Made by a program: the position numbers and the translations under genes. Under the pieces are notes generated by a model, which had not been told where the DNA came from, did no database searches, and saw nothing but the letters and a program-made list of their open reading frames with translations. Below, piece after piece: positions 28,524-39,785 of a stretch of DNA of 42,482 nt; position 1 is the stretch's first letter, and the number at the start of each line of letters is the position of its first letter. Origin of the DNA: Gammaproteobacteria bacterium UBA6173 (GTDB lineage: Bacteria; Pseudomonadota; Gammaproteobacteria; Pseudomonadales; Pseudohongiellaceae); the NCBI GenBank assembly GCA_002422225.1, contig DITX01000173.1, positions 7,593 through 50,074 of the forward strand. Direction: 5' to 3'.

Positions 28524-29237
28524 TCAGATCGACCATTCGACGTTGCTGGAAATTATCTGTTCCAGTCTTTGCAGCTCTTCAGCCTTTTCACCAATCACCG
28601 CCATGTTGCCGTCATTTGACGGCACAATGCGACCCTGAAAACGGGGGTCTTTGACATCCAGGTTGCGTCCGATGGGTGTCGAGCGCACCAGAATGACAGA
28701 CACCGGTCCGTTTTTGCCCATGGTAACCAGATGTGCGCCGCGCAGGGTGCCACCTAGGCCGCACACCTTGGCAAAGGTAATGATCAAGGTTTCCTCGCCC
28801 TCGGGCTGGTGAAGGCTTACCCCCGCATCAGCCAACACTGTCTCAACCTCCAGCCAGGAAATCGGCACTGTGATTTGCTCGTAGCGAGGAGCTTCGGCAT
28901 AAACATGCTCCAGCATGGCGTCATGTAATGCCAGTTCCGAAGCACTTGGCCGGTATTGCATGGTGCTGAACACAAACCCTGCGGCAAGCACCAGACTGGC
29001 AGCAAATGCAAAAGCACGGCGGCCCAGCCATGAGCGATTGTCAGGTGCGGCCAGTTTTTGGCGGAGTTTGTTGGGTACTTCGATTTGCTGTGTTACCAGA
29101 CGAATGCTGTGATCGAGTTGCTGCAATTCATCGAGCAGGCGTCGGCGATCTTCTCTGCCGCTTACTGCATGCAGAAAGTCGGATTCTTCATCAAAGGGAT
29201 TGCTGTGAGCGCGTGTATGAAACTCCAGGTCATCCAT
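28524..29237 (-). CDS. DUF3379-like membrane-anchored protein, probable anti-sigma factor
   Basis: MDDLEF N-terminus, central 'FAFAASLVLA' TM helix, periplasmic C-terminus; directly downstream of an ECF sigma. Confidence 0.7.
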   Translation of the reverse strand: MDDLEFHTRAHSNPFDEESDFLHAVSGREDRRRLLDELQQLDHSIRLVTQQIEVPNKLRQKLAAPDNRSWLGRRAFAFAASLVLAAGFVFSTMQYRPSASELALHDAMLEHVYAEAPRYEQITVPISWLEVETVLADAGVSLHQPEGEETLIITFAKVCGLGGTLRGAHLVTMGKNGPVSVILVRSTPIGRNLDVKDPRFQGRIVPSNDGNMAVIGEKAEELQRLEQIISSNVEWSI

Positions 29238-29295
29238 GGATATTGACCTCTGGTTTAAATGTCACTTTGTTCACTTATTGTGTTCTCGCTGTTTG

Positions 29296-29898
29296 TTAAC
29301 ACAGTTCTTCATGCGCTTCGTCTCCGGTCTCATCGCGGGCGGCACCCGGATCCATTATGTCTCGCAGTTTGCTTCGGGCTCTGAACAGTCGCGTCATCAC
29401 GGTGTTGTTATTAAGATCGAGTATCCCGGCAATTTCTTTCCCACTGAATCCACCCACAACCTGAAGCAACAAGGGATCCCGGTATTCCTTCTCCAGTTGC
29501 ATGATGGCATTGTGCAACTCTGTCATTTTCTGACGTTGATCAGGCTCGTTGCGGTCATCTTCCTGAATCGATACGTCGTCTATGTCGACCAGCTCTGGTC
29601 GATAGCGTTCATACATGCGGGCATTTTCGCGGCGCAGAATCGTGAACAGCCAGGCCTTTGCGGCATCGTCACTTTGCAAACTGTCAAACGAACGCCATGC
29701 GCGCAAAAAGGTTTCCTGAACCAGATCTTCGGCAACGCTGGGATTGCGTGTCAGCCAATAGGCGTAACGAAAGACGTCCTGATAGAACCTGTCTACCAGC
29801 GATTCATAACGCTTTTTACGACTGTTGCCCAAGCTGATGGGGCGATTGACCGGCGGTTCACTCATTTTGTTTCGTTTGGGTTCCTTTATATTCCCCAT
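29296..29898 (-). CDS. ECF RNA polymerase sigma factor
   Basis: AEDLVQETFLRAW, KAWLFTILRRE, EIAGIL...TVMTRLFRAR; start may be ATG 29865. Confidence 0.93.
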   Translation of the reverse strand: MGNIKEPKRNKMSEPPVNRPISLGNSRKKRYESLVDRFYQDVFRYAYWLTRNPSVAEDLVQETFLRAWRSFDSLQSDDAAKAWLFTILRRENARMYERYRPELVDIDDVSIQEDDRNEPDQRQKMTELHNAIMQLEKEYRDPLLLQVVGGFSGKEIAGILDLNNNTVMTRLFRARSKLRDIMDPGAARDETGDEAHEELC

Positions 29899-29993
29899 CA
29901 GCTTAGCGAAGTCGCTTGCTGTTGGCCATGCAGTTTACACGTTATACTGCCGATCGTTGATGTCTAGCCCTGATTTACCAGAGAAATGGTTGA

Positions 29994-30827
<834 letters not shown>

Positions 30828-30844
30828 TCAACGTGTCTTACTCG

Positions 30845-30874
30845 TAGACACGTCGGGGGGCGATCCCGTACAAT
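30845..30874 (+). promoter_or_regulatory. Sigma-70 promoter candidate for carAB
   Basis: TAGACA-N18-TACAAT. Confidence 0.55.
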
Positions 30875-30885
30875 TGCGCCTCAGT

Positions 30886-30924
30886 ATGATTACCACTGAG
30901 CACACAACGACGCAGCATTTTTAA
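30886..30924 (+). CDS. Putative carA leader peptide [12 protein letters not shown]
   Basis: 12-codon ORF whose TAA lies at the 5' foot of the hairpin preceding carA. Confidence 0.35.
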   Translation: MITTEHTTTQHF

Positions 30925-30962
30925 AAAGCGGAATGAAACAAAGCTTTCATTCCGCTTTTTTT
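30924..30962 (+). terminator. Terminator/attenuator hairpin in the carA leader
   Basis: AAAAGCGGAATGAA-loop-TTCATTCCGC followed by a T-run, about 28 bp before the carA start. Confidence 0.75.
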
Positions 30963-30989
30963 CGCCTGTCGTCTATCCGGGAGATAACA

Positions 30990-32135
30990 TTGAATAATTC
31001 AGCAGTTCTCGCCCTGGAAGATGGAAGCATCTTCAGAGGCAAGGCCATCGGAGCGCTGGGATTATCCAGTGGAGAGGTTGTTTTTAATACAGCCATGACT
31101 GGTTACCAGGAAATATTGACTGACCCGTCTTATGCACGCCAGATTGTCACGTTGACCTATCCTCACATCGGCAATACCGGTATCACTGCAGAAGATCACG
31201 AGTCAGATCGTGTCTGGGCAGCCGGGCTGGTGATTCGCAATCTGTCCATGATCGTCAGCAACTGGCGCAGCGAAATGTCGCTGGATGAGTTTCTCAAAGC
31301 ACAAAATGTCGTCTCGATCGCAGACATTGATACGCGCCAATTGACGCGTCACCTGCGTGATAGTGGCCCGCTTAACGGCTGCATCCTGAGCGGAGAGTTG
31401 CTTGCTGAAAAAGGTGAGCAGTATGCGCTTGAACAGGCACGCGCATTCCCCGGTCTGAAAGGCATGGATCTGGCCAAGGAAGTGTCAGTCGACAAATCCT
31501 ATGAATGGAATGAAGGGGTCTGGCAGCATGGTCTTGGCCATCCGGTGATGAATCACCAGAATCCCTTTCACGTTGTTGCCTTTGATTACGGTGTCAAACG
31601 CAACATTCTGCGCATGTTGGCGCAGCGCAATTGTAAAGTGACCGTTGTGCCTGCGCAGACTTCGGCGGCCGATGTGCTCGCACTCAAGCCCGATGGTGTG
31701 TTTTTGTCCAATGGCCCGGGAGATCCGGAACCTTGTGACTACGCAATCACTGCGATAAAAGAAATTCTGAACACCGATATTCCTGTGTTTGGTATCTGTC
31801 TTGGCTGTCAGTTGCTGGCGCTTGCATGCGGTGCACAAACTATCAAAATGCGTCTTGGGCATCATGGTGCCAACCACCCGGTACAAAATCTTGATGACAA
31901 GACCGTGTTGATCACCAGCCAGAACCACGGCTTCGCAGTGGACGAAGCCACGCTGCCAGCGAATCTGCGTGCTACACACCGCTCGCTGTTTGACGGCTCG
32001 TTACAAGGCATTGAGCGCACGGATAAACCTGCATTTGCTTTTCAGGGGCATCCTGAAGCGGCGCCGGGTCCACACGATATTGCGCCCTTGTTTGATAAAT
32101 TTGTTGATCTGATGCAAAAGCGCGCTCCGCGCTGA
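30990..32135 (+). CDS. carA: Carbamoyl-phosphate synthase small subunit
   Basis: [36 protein letters not shown]; TTG start after GGAG. Confidence 0.98.
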   Translation: MNNSAVLALEDGSIFRGKAIGALGLSSGEVVFNTAMTGYQEILTDPSYARQIVTLTYPHIGNTGITAEDHESDRVWAAGLVIRNLSMIVSNWRSEMSLDEFLKAQNVVSIADIDTRQLTRHLRDSGPLNGCILSGELLAEKGEQYALEQARAFPGLKGMDLAKEVSVDKSYEWNEGVWQHGLGHPVMNHQNPFHVVAFDYGVKRNILRMLAQRNCKVTVVPAQTSAADVLALKPDGVFLSNGPGDPEPCDYAITAIKEILNTDIPVFGICLGCQLLALACGAQTIKMRLGHHGANHPVQNLDDKTVLITSQNHGFAVDEATLPANLRATHRSLFDGSLQGIERTDKPAFAFQGHPEAAPGPHDIAPLFDKFVDLMQKRAPR

Positions 32136-32174
32136 ACAGCGCACAGCAAACCCATACAGAGACACGGTTGAGTT

Positions 32175-35100
32175 ATGCCTAAACGTACAGACATAAAAAG
32201 TATTCTGATCATTGGTGCCGGCCCGATTGTGATAGGCCAGGCGTGTGAGTTTGATTACTCGGGCGCGCAGGCGTGTCAGGCGCTGAAGGAAGAGGGGTAT
32301 CGCGTCATACTCGTGAACTCTAACCCTGCGACCATCATGACCGATCCGGCCATGGCTGATGCAACCTACATCGAGCCGATCACATGGCAGATCGTCGAAA
32401 AGATCATTGAAAGAGAACGCCCCGATGCCATTCTGCCGACCATGGGTGGGCAAACGGCGTTGAACTGCGCGCTGGATCTCGAGCGTCATGGTGTGTTGGC
32501 TAAATACAATGTGGAAATGATTGGCGCGCGCGCTGAGTCCATCGACAAGGCTGAGAATCGCGAGTTGTTTGATAACGCAATGAAAGCCATCGGACTGTCG
32601 ACACCACGTCACGGTATTGCGCGCAACATGGAACAGGCATTTGCTGCACTCGACGAAGTAGGGTTCCCCTGCATCATTCGCCCCTCGTTTACCATGGGTG
32701 GCACCGGCGGTGGTGTGGCGTACAACAAAGAAGAGTTTGTTGAGATCTGCACGCGCGGTATGGAGCTATCGCCCACCAAAGAATTGCTGATTGATGAGTC
32801 ATTGATTGGCTGGAAAGAGTACGAAACTGAAGTCGTTCGTGACAAAAACGATAACTGCATCATTGTCTGCACTATTGAAAACTTTGACGCCATGGGTGTA
32901 CATACCGGTGACTCAATCACTGTTGCGCCATCACAGACATTGACCGACAAGGAATATCAGATTCTGCGTAACGCCTCGATTGCGGTGTTACGGGAGATTG
33001 GTGTGGAAACTGGCGGATCCAACGTACAGTTTGGTATGTGCCCCAAAACCGGTCGTCTGGTCGTGATTGAGATGAACCCGCGGGTATCGCGTTCGTCAGC
33101 GCTGGCGTCCAAAGCAACAGGTTTCCCGATTGCGCGTGTTGCTGCCAAGCTGGCGTGTGGCTTTACGCTGGATGAGCTCAGCAACGAGATCACTGGCGGG
33201 GCTACACCAGCATCGTTTGAGCCGACCATTGACTATGTAGTGACCAAGATTCCGCGTTTCACGTTTGAAAAATTCCCGGAAGCCAGTGACCGCATCACCA
33301 CACAAATGAAATCTGTTGGTGAGGTGATGGCGATTGGTCGTACTTTCCAGGAATCACTGCAGAAAGCCCTGCGTGGACTGGAGGTTGGCATCAGTGGCCT
33401 GGATCCGGTGCTGGACACCGCACTCAGCGACTGCATGGACAAGCTGCGTGGTGAATTGAAAGACGCAGGCAGTGAGCGCATTCGCTACATTGGTGACGCA
33501 TTCCGTCAGGGCTGGTCAGTAGCCACCGTTGCTGAGCTCACCGGTGTGGATCCATGGTTCCTGGTTCAAATAGAGGACATCATTCAAGACGAACTGCGTA
33601 TTGCGCAGCTGTCATTGCAGAGCTTAGACAAGCAAGCTTTATTTGCGCTCAAGCGTAAGGGATTTTCGGACGCGCGCTTGGCAACGCTGTTGAATGAGCC
33701 TGAAAAAGCCGTGCGAGAATACCGTCATGCGCTGGGTGTTCGGCCGGTGTATAAGCGTGTTGATACCTGCGCCGCTGAGTTTGTATCGACCACGGCGTAT
33801 ATGTATTCCTGTTATGAAGAGCAGTGTGAGTCCAAGCCTAGTGATCGTAAAAAGATTATGGTGCTGGGCGGTGGTCCAAACCGTATTGGACAGGGTATCG
33901 AGTTTGACTATTGCTGTGTGCACGCCGCGCTGGCCATGCGTGAAGATGGTTATGAAACCATCATGGTCAACTGTAACCCCGAAACGGTGTCCACAGACTA
34001 CAACATCTCGGATCGATTGTATTTTGAGCCAGTCACACTTGAAGATGTGCTTGAGATTGTGGCGGTCGAAAAACCTGCTGGTGTGATTGTGCAGTTTGGT
34101 GGTCAGACGCCGCTGAATCTGGCAACCCGGCTCGAGCAAGCAGGTGTGCCGGTAATCGGAACCTCGCCTGATGCCATTGATCTGGCAGAAGATCGTGAGC
34201 GCTTCCAGAAGCTGATTCAAAAGCTGGGTCTGAAGCAGCCGCCAAACTGCATCGTGCGCAGTGTCGAGCAGTGCATCACCGAAGCCGAAAAGATTTCTTA
34301 CCCACTGGTTGTGCGTCCGTCCTACGTGCTGGGCGGCCGGGCCATGGAGATTGTGTATAACGAGGAAGAATTGAATCGTTATATGCGCACCGCAGTCAAA
34401 GTTGGCAACGACAGCCCTGTGTTGCTGGACTACTTTCTGAATGCCGCCATTGAGATCGATATAGACCTGGTCAGCGATGGTAAACAGGTTGTGGTCGGCG
34501 CAATCATGCAGCACATTGAGCAGGCTGGTGTTCACTCCGGAGACTCGGCATGTTCCCTGCCCCCTTACAATCTGCCGATGTCTGTGCAGGATGAAATTCG
34601 TGACCAGGTATCGCGCATGGCAATGGAGCTGGGTGTAGTAGGTTTGATGAATACCCAGATGGCCTATCAGGATGGTCAGCTTTATGTCATCGAAGTGAAT
34701 CCACGCGCTTCACGCACCGTGCCGTTTGTATCCAAGTGCATTGGTGTGTCGCTGGCCAAGGTTGCGGCGCGCTGCATGGTGGGAACAAGCTTGCAGCAAC
34801 AGGGTTTCACCAAGGAGATTATCCCTGAGACCTTTGCTGTGAAAGAGGCGGTGTTCCCGTTCAACAAATTCCCTGGCGTTGATCCGATTCTTGGCCCGGA
34901 AATGAAATCTACCGGTGAAGTGATGGGCGTAGGTGAGACATTTGCCGAGGCTTTTGCCAAAGCGCAGATGGGTGCCGGTGAAGAAATCAGCAAAAAGGGC
35001 ACTGTTTTTATCAGTGTGCGTGATGCCGATAAGCCAAAAGTAGCTGATATCGCTCACAGTTTTCATGAACTTGGTTTCAGTATGGTTGCGACCACCGGTA

Positions 35101-35402
35101 CCGCTGCCATTATTGAAGCGGCAGGTTTGCCGGTCAATCGTGTGAACAAGGTGCTCGAAGGGCGTCCTCACGTGGTGGATATGATCAAAAATGAAGAGAT
35201 TCAGTTGATCGTCAATACAACGGAAGGTAAGCAAGCGATTGCTGACTCTTCTGCCATTCGTCGCACAGCGCTGCGACATGATGTGTTCTGCACAACAACA
35301 TTGGCAGGTGCCAGTGCGGTCTGTGAGGCACTCAAGTGCGGCGACAATCTGAATGTGTACACCATTCAGGAGCTGCATGCGCGTTTGCCCAAAAGCCATT
35401 AA
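32175..35402 (+). CDS. carB: Carbamoyl-phosphate synthase large subunit
   Basis: [30 protein letters not shown], duplicated ATP-grasp halves, C-terminal MGS domain. Confidence 0.99.
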   Translation: MPKRTDIKSILIIGAGPIVIGQACEFDYSGAQACQALKEEGYRVILVNSNPATIMTDPAMADATYIEPITWQIVEKIIERERPDAILPTMGGQTALNCALDLERHGVLAKYNVEMIGARAESIDKAENRELFDNAMKAIGLSTPRHGIARNMEQAFAALDEVGFPCIIRPSFTMGGTGGGVAYNKEEFVEICTRGMELSPTKELLIDESLIGWKEYETEVVRDKNDNCIIVCTIENFDAMGVHTGDSITVAPSQTLTDKEYQILRNASIAVLREIGVETGGSNVQFGMCPKTGRLVVIEMNPRVSRSSALASKATGFPIARVAAKLACGFTLDELSNEITGGATPASFEPTIDYVVTKIPRFTFEKFPEASDRITTQMKSVGEVMAIGRTFQESLQKALRGLEVGISGLDPVLDTALSDCMDKLRGELKDAGSERIRYIGDAFRQGWSVATVAELTGVDPWFLVQIEDIIQDELRIAQLSLQSLDKQALFALKRKGFSDARLATLLNEPEKAVREYRHALGVRPVYKRVDTCAAEFVSTTAYMYSCYEEQCESKPSDRKKIMVLGGGPNRIGQGIEFDYCCVHAALAMREDGYETIMVNCNPETVSTDYNISDRLYFEPVTLEDVLEIVAVEKPAGVIVQFGGQTPLNLATRLEQAGVPVIGTSPDAIDLAEDRERFQKLIQKLGLKQPPNCIVRSVEQCITEAEKISYPLVVRPSYVLGGRAMEIVYNEEELNRYMRTAVKVGNDSPVLLDYFLNAAIEIDIDLVSDGKQVVVGAIMQHIEQAGVHSGDSACSLPPYNLPMSVQDEIRDQVSRMAMELGVVGLMNTQMAYQDGQLYVIEVNPRASRTVPFVSKCIGVSLAKVAARCMVGTSLQQQGFTKEIIPETFAVKEAVFPFNKFPGVDPILGPEMKSTGEVMGVGETFAEAFAKAQMGAGEEISKKGTVFISVRDADKPKVADIAHSFHELGFSMVATTGTAAIIEAAGLPVNRVNKVLEGRPHVVDMIKNEEIQLIVNTTEGKQAIADSSAIRRTALRHDVFCTTTLAGASAVCEALKCGDNLNVYTIQELHARLPKSH

Positions 35403-35479
35403 GCTGACGGGCGGCGGGCAAATCCCGGGCTATAGACAAGTCCGGTTTAGTTACGCATGATATAAGCCGTAGTGACACA

Positions 35480-35523
35480 GTGCTGGCGGGCTCTCCACGT
35501 GCGAGCCTGGCAGTATTTTTTTT
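35480..35523 (+). terminator. Imperfect terminator/attenuator in the greA leader
   Basis: GTGCTGgCGGGCTC-loop-GAGCCTGgCAGTAT stem running into T8; promoter candidate TAGACA-N17-CATGAT at 35433-35461. Confidence 0.6.
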
Positions 35524-35564
35524 ATTTCAGAAAAAGGAAGATCCAGGGGATCTGTGAGAGAGAC

Positions 35565-36041
35565 ATGAGAAAAGTGCCGATGACCATGGGTGGTGCAGAA
35601 AGATTACGTGCCGAACTCAATGAGTTGAAGACGGTCAAGCGACCGGCAATTATCCAGGCGATAGCGGAGGCGCGTGAACACGGCGATTTACGCGAAAACG
35701 CGGAGTACCATGCTGCCCGCGAGCAGCAAAGCTTCTGCGAAGGCCGCATCAAGGAAATTGAAGGCAAATTGGCTGACTCAGAAGTGATCGACATCTCCTC
35801 AATTCCCGTGACTGGCAAAGTAATTTTTGGCGCGACGGTCACGATAGAAAATCTGGATACCGAAGAAACTGTCCGATATCAGATCGTTGGCGAAGACGAA
35901 GCCGACGTAAAAGCCGGCAAAATCTCTGTCGGATCACCGATTGCCCGCGCCATCATGGGCAAAGAAGTCGGTGATGAGGTGGTGGTTAAAGCACCATCAG
36001 GCGACATCGACTATGAAATCATCAAAGTCGAGCACCTCTAA
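35565..36041 (+). CDS. greA: Transcription elongation factor GreA
   Basis: [30 protein letters not shown]; 158 aa from ATG 35565. Confidence 0.97.
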   Translation: MRKVPMTMGGAERLRAELNELKTVKRPAIIQAIAEAREHGDLRENAEYHAAREQQSFCEGRIKEIEGKLADSEVIDISSIPVTGKVIFGATVTIENLDTEETVRYQIVGEDEADVKAGKISVGSPIARAIMGKEVGDEVVVKAPSGDIDYEIIKVEHL

Positions 36042-36069
36042 GTAAGTGGTTGATATGCCTAGTTTGTGT

Positions 36070-36393
36070 TTACAGGCCAGGCATATTCTTGTTGCGCAGG
36101 ATGTTGGAAAGTTTTGGATCTGGCTGGCGCGCTGCACGAAACAACACCACTATATTGCCAATACTTTGTACCAGCGTTGAGCGCGTCTGTTCGCAGATTT
36201 CTGCGGCCACTTCTTTACGCAAATCCCGATCGCCCACCACGATTTTTACTTTGATCAATTCATGTCGCGCCAGGGCTTGGTCAATTTCTTTGTGTACCGT
36301 TTCAGACAGGCCTTTCTGTGCAACCGTCACGATGGGTTTAAGTTTGTGCGCAATTGCGCGCAGTTGACGGGTGTCCAGTGTTGGGTTGCTCAT
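36070..36393 (-). CDS. yhbY: RNA-binding protein YhbY (CRM domain)
   Basis: LRAIAHKLKPIV, HELIKVK, VQSIGNIVVLFR; start reassigned to ATG 36393. Confidence 0.93.
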   Translation of the reverse strand: MSNPTLDTRQLRAIAHKLKPIVTVAQKGLSETVHKEIDQALARHELIKVKIVVGDRDLRKEVAAEICEQTRSTLVQSIGNIVVLFRAARQPDPKLSNILRNKNMPGL

Positions 36394-36555
36394 AATATTT
36401 CCGGCGTAGGCCCCGTGTGCGGGGTGAAACAATGGCGATTGAATACCCGGCGAAACATCCACCAGAGCGTCTTGATCAAGGGCGGGCATTGTACCCTAGC
36501 ACGGCAGGTTCAACAAAGACTGTTACAGACGGTGTGCACAGGACAATGCTTTGTC

Positions 36556-36722
36556 TTGGACAATCACAAGTTCTATCTTGTAATATCAGACAACAGCCCC
36601 CATCTGCTGGAAGGCGTCTGAAATAATAATCCGCCCAGGCTTCAACTTCTTGGTTCCTGATTCAGAATGTCCCAAGGTGTCATTAGAAGGTGTTTTTAGC
36701 CTCAATTAACTTTCCGGGGTAG
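36556..36722 (+). pseudogene. rlmE: Eroded relic of the 23S rRNA Um2552 methyltransferase gene (rlmE/ftsJ)
   Basis: Colinear RlmE-like fragments in three frames: LVISDNSPH, IIRPGFNFLV, PKVS..E and VFLASINFPG*; canonical slot between yhbY and ftsH. Confidence 0.55.
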
Positions 36723-36869
36723 TGAGGGAATGGCAAAGCGCTTTATAACGGTCTTAATACAGGCATGATAATGACCTTGATTGTTACTGTTACAACACGC
36801 TTACGAATTTAATCTGACTCCTGACGGGTTACTCCCAACGGATTCTACTCAGCAAAGGGGGATATTCCC

Positions 36870-38801
36870 TTGAACGATATGGCGAAGAATTTATTGCTCT
36901 GGATGGTGATAGCGGCTGTTTTGCTGACTGTTTTCAACAACATAAACCAAGAGCCAGTGACCTCGCAGGTCAATTACTCGGATTTTATCCGTGAAGTCAG
37001 GTCGGGGCAGGTGCGCTCGGTCAATATTGCGGGTGTAACGGTTAATGGTGTGCGATCCGACAATACCCGGTTCAACACCACCATCCCCATGATTGGCGAT
37101 GACCAGTTGATGGATGATCTGTTTAACAACAACGTTGAAATTCGCGCGTCTGAACCCGAGCGGCAGAGTCTGTGGACTCAGTTGCTGGTCGCCAGCTTCC
37201 CGATTCTGATTATCATCGCGTTATTTTTCTTTTTTATGCGGCAGATGCAAGGCGGCGGCGCTGGCGGAAAAGGCGGGCCCATGTCGTTTGGCAAAAGCAA
37301 AGCCAAATTGCTGGGTGAAGACCAGATCAAGATTACTTTTGCTGATGTTGCGGGTGTAGACGAAGCCAAAGAAGATGTTAAAGAATTGGTTGATTTCCTA
37401 CGTGAGCCAGATAAGTTTCAGCGCTTGGGCGGACGTATCCCGCGCGGCATCCTGATGGTGGGGCAGCCAGGTACAGGTAAAACCCTGCTTGCCAAAGCGA
37501 TTGCCGGTGAAGCCAAAGTACCGTTTTTCTCGATTTCAGGTTCTGATTTCGTAGAGATGTTTGTAGGTGTGGGTGCATCCCGTGTGCGTGACATGTTTGA
37601 CCAGGCCAAGAAACAGGCGCCTTGTATAATTTTTATCGACGAGATTGATGCGGTAGGTCGTCATCGTGGAGCCGGTCTGGGTGGCGGTCATGATGAGCGC
37701 GAACAGACGCTGAACCAGTTGCTGGTTGAGATGGATGGTTTTGAAGTCAACGACGGCATTATCGTTATTGCAGCGACCAACCGCCCTGACGTGCTGGACC
37801 CAGCGCTGCTGCGTCCGGGCCGATTTGACCGTCAGGTCGTAGTAGGGTTGCCTGATATCCGTGGTCGTGAACAGATACTGAAAGTCCACATGCGCAAGGT
37901 GCCGATTGCTGACAACGTGGATGCGGCTGTGATTGCGCGCGGCACGCCTGGTTTCTCCGGCGCGGATCTGGCCAACCTGGTAAACGAGGCGGCGCTGTTT
38001 GCCGCACGTGGTGGTCGTCGTCTGGTGACCATGGAAGAGTTTGAGAAAGCCAAAGACAAAATCATGATGGGCACCGAACGTAAGTCCATGGTGATGTCTG
38101 AAAAAGAGAAAACCAATACGGCCTATCATGAAGCGGGCCATGCCATTGTTGGCCGATTGGTGCCAGAGCATGATCCGGTCTACAAAGTCAGCATCATCCC
38201 GCGCGGTCGCGCATTGGGGGTGACCATGTTCCTGCCGGAAGAGGATCGTTACAGCATCAGTAAACTGGCCATCATGAGTCAGATCAGCAGCTTGTACGGT
38301 GGCCGAATTGCAGAGGAAATGACACTGGGTGTTGACGGTGTCACGACCGGCGCGTCCAACGACATACAGCGTGCGACTGATATGGCGCGCAATATGGTCA
38401 CCAAATGGGGTTTGTCGGAAAAACTAGGGCCGTTGATGTACGCAGAAGATGACGGCGAGGTTTTCCTAGGCCGGTCAGCCGGTGGCGCACAAAAACATCA
38501 TTCAGGAGAAACCGCCAAGCTGATTGACGACGAAGTCAGGAGCATCATCGATTTCTGTTACAGCAGGGCGCGACGGATGCTGGAAGAGAATCGTGACAAG
38601 CTTGAGCTCATGAAGGATGCATTGATGGAATATGAAACCATTGATGCCGAACAGATAAACGACATCATGTCCGGTCGCAAGCCACGACCACCCGCAGATT
38701 GGTCCGACAGTAACAGCGGATCTGGCGCAACGCGCACAGAAGCGCCGGCGAGCGATGTCATGTCAGACAAGCCCATTGGTGGCCCCGCCAGCGAGCATTG
38801 A
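36870..38801 (+). CDS. ftsH: ATP-dependent zinc metalloprotease FtsH
   Basis: Two TM helices, [24 protein letters not shown]. Confidence 0.99.
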   Translation: MNDMAKNLLLWMVIAAVLLTVFNNINQEPVTSQVNYSDFIREVRSGQVRSVNIAGVTVNGVRSDNTRFNTTIPMIGDDQLMDDLFNNNVEIRASEPERQSLWTQLLVASFPILIIIALFFFFMRQMQGGGAGGKGGPMSFGKSKAKLLGEDQIKITFADVAGVDEAKEDVKELVDFLREPDKFQRLGGRIPRGILMVGQPGTGKTLLAKAIAGEAKVPFFSISGSDFVEMFVGVGASRVRDMFDQAKKQAPCIIFIDEIDAVGRHRGAGLGGGHDEREQTLNQLLVEMDGFEVNDGIIVIAATNRPDVLDPALLRPGRFDRQVVVGLPDIRGREQILKVHMRKVPIADNVDAAVIARGTPGFSGADLANLVNEAALFAARGGRRLVTMEEFEKAKDKIMMGTERKSMVMSEKEKTNTAYHEAGHAIVGRLVPEHDPVYKVSIIPRGRALGVTMFLPEEDRYSISKLAIMSQISSLYGGRIAEEMTLGVDGVTTGASNDIQRATDMARNMVTKWGLSEKLGPLMYAEDDGEVFLGRSAGGAQKHHSGETAKLIDDEVRSIIDFCYSRARRMLEENRDKLELMKDALMEYETIDAEQINDIMSGRKPRPPADWSDSNSGSGATRTEAPASDVMSDKPIGGPASEH

Positions 38802-38833
38802 TATTTTGCTGGTATTAAAGCGGGAGCTGCTGA

Positions 38834-39739
38834 GTGTCCAAAGCTGATTTGGAATCAGTTCGTGTACCAGCGTCCAGACTGAGAATGTCCGGGCGCTGGC
38901 TGGAACTGTCAGTTCCGCGTGTGATGGGTATATTAAACGTCACGCCTGACTCTTTTTCTGATGGGGGCCTGCTGTCAGCTGGCGGCGCCTCCCAATTCAA
39001 AGTATCCCTTGATAAAGCGCTTTTTGCCGTGCAATCGATGGTGTCTGCAGGCGCTGACATTATTGATGTGGGGGGAGAGTCTACACGTCCGGGCGCGCCA
39101 GAAGTCAGTGAAAACCAAGAGCTTGAGCGAGTAATTCCCGTTGTCACAGCAATACGGGCTAACTTTGATGTGCTGATCTCTGTTGATACCAGTACTCCAT
39201 CGGTCATTACGGCGTCGGCAATCGCCGGTGCAGACATGATCAATGACGTGCGCGCTTTGCAGCGTCCCGGCGCACTTGAGGCCGCAGCCGCAACGGATCT
39301 CGCGGTTTGCCTGATGCACATGCAAGGTGAGCCACAGTTTATGCAACAGGCTCCCTCCTACAGTGATGTGCTCATCGATGTTAGCTCGTTTTTATCCGTC
39401 AGAAAAAGCATCTGTGAGCTTGCAGGTATTCACCCTGATCGCATTTGTCTTGATCCGGGGTTTGGTTTTGGAAAAACCCTGGCGCACAACTACCAACTTT
39501 TGTCGCGACTTCATGATATGCACGCGCTGGGATCACCCCTTTTAATCGGGTTGTCCAGAAAATCCATGATTGGCGCGGTGTTGGGTGCTCCCGCTGCCGA
39601 TCGTTTGGCAGGAAGTCTGGCTGGCGCCGTATTGGCAGCCGCTGCAGGTGCGCAGATCATCCGCGTACATGATGTTGAACCGACGGTGCATGCGCTCCAG
39701 GTATTGTCAGCGCTGCGAAATGCTGGCCAGGACCGCTGA
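38834..39739 (+). CDS. folP: Dihydropteroate synthase
   Basis: MGILNVTPDSFSDGG, GGESTRPGA, DPGFGFGK, SRKS, RVHDV. Confidence 0.97.
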   Translation: MSKADLESVRVPASRLRMSGRWLELSVPRVMGILNVTPDSFSDGGLLSAGGASQFKVSLDKALFAVQSMVSAGADIIDVGGESTRPGAPEVSENQELERVIPVVTAIRANFDVLISVDTSTPSVITASAIAGADMINDVRALQRPGALEAAAATDLAVCLMHMQGEPQFMQQAPSYSDVLIDVSSFLSVRKSICELAGIHPDRICLDPGFGFGKTLAHNYQLLSRLHDMHALGSPLLIGLSRKSMIGAVLGAPAADRLAGSLAGAVLAAAAGAQIIRVHDVEPTVHALQVLSALRNAGQDR

Positions 39740-39785
39740 TGAAGTGTTTATAATCTGCTTGATAACGGAATACAGAGGTTAAATA

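Noticed and set aside
29236-29967. 243-aa plus-strand ORF opposite the ECF sigma
   Set aside because: Antisense shadow; the minus-strand protein has clear sigma region 2 and 4 motifs
33639-35399. Long antisense ORFs of 298 aa and 229 aa within carB
   Set aside because: Shadow frames of a conserved gene with no recognisable motifs
36262-36626. ORFs 36262-36621 and 36417-36626 as real genes
   Set aside because: The first overlaps yhbY antisense and neither has a coherent domain; better explained as containing rlmE debris
37536-38171. 211-aa antisense ORF in ftsH
   Set aside because: Shadow ORF with no independent evidence
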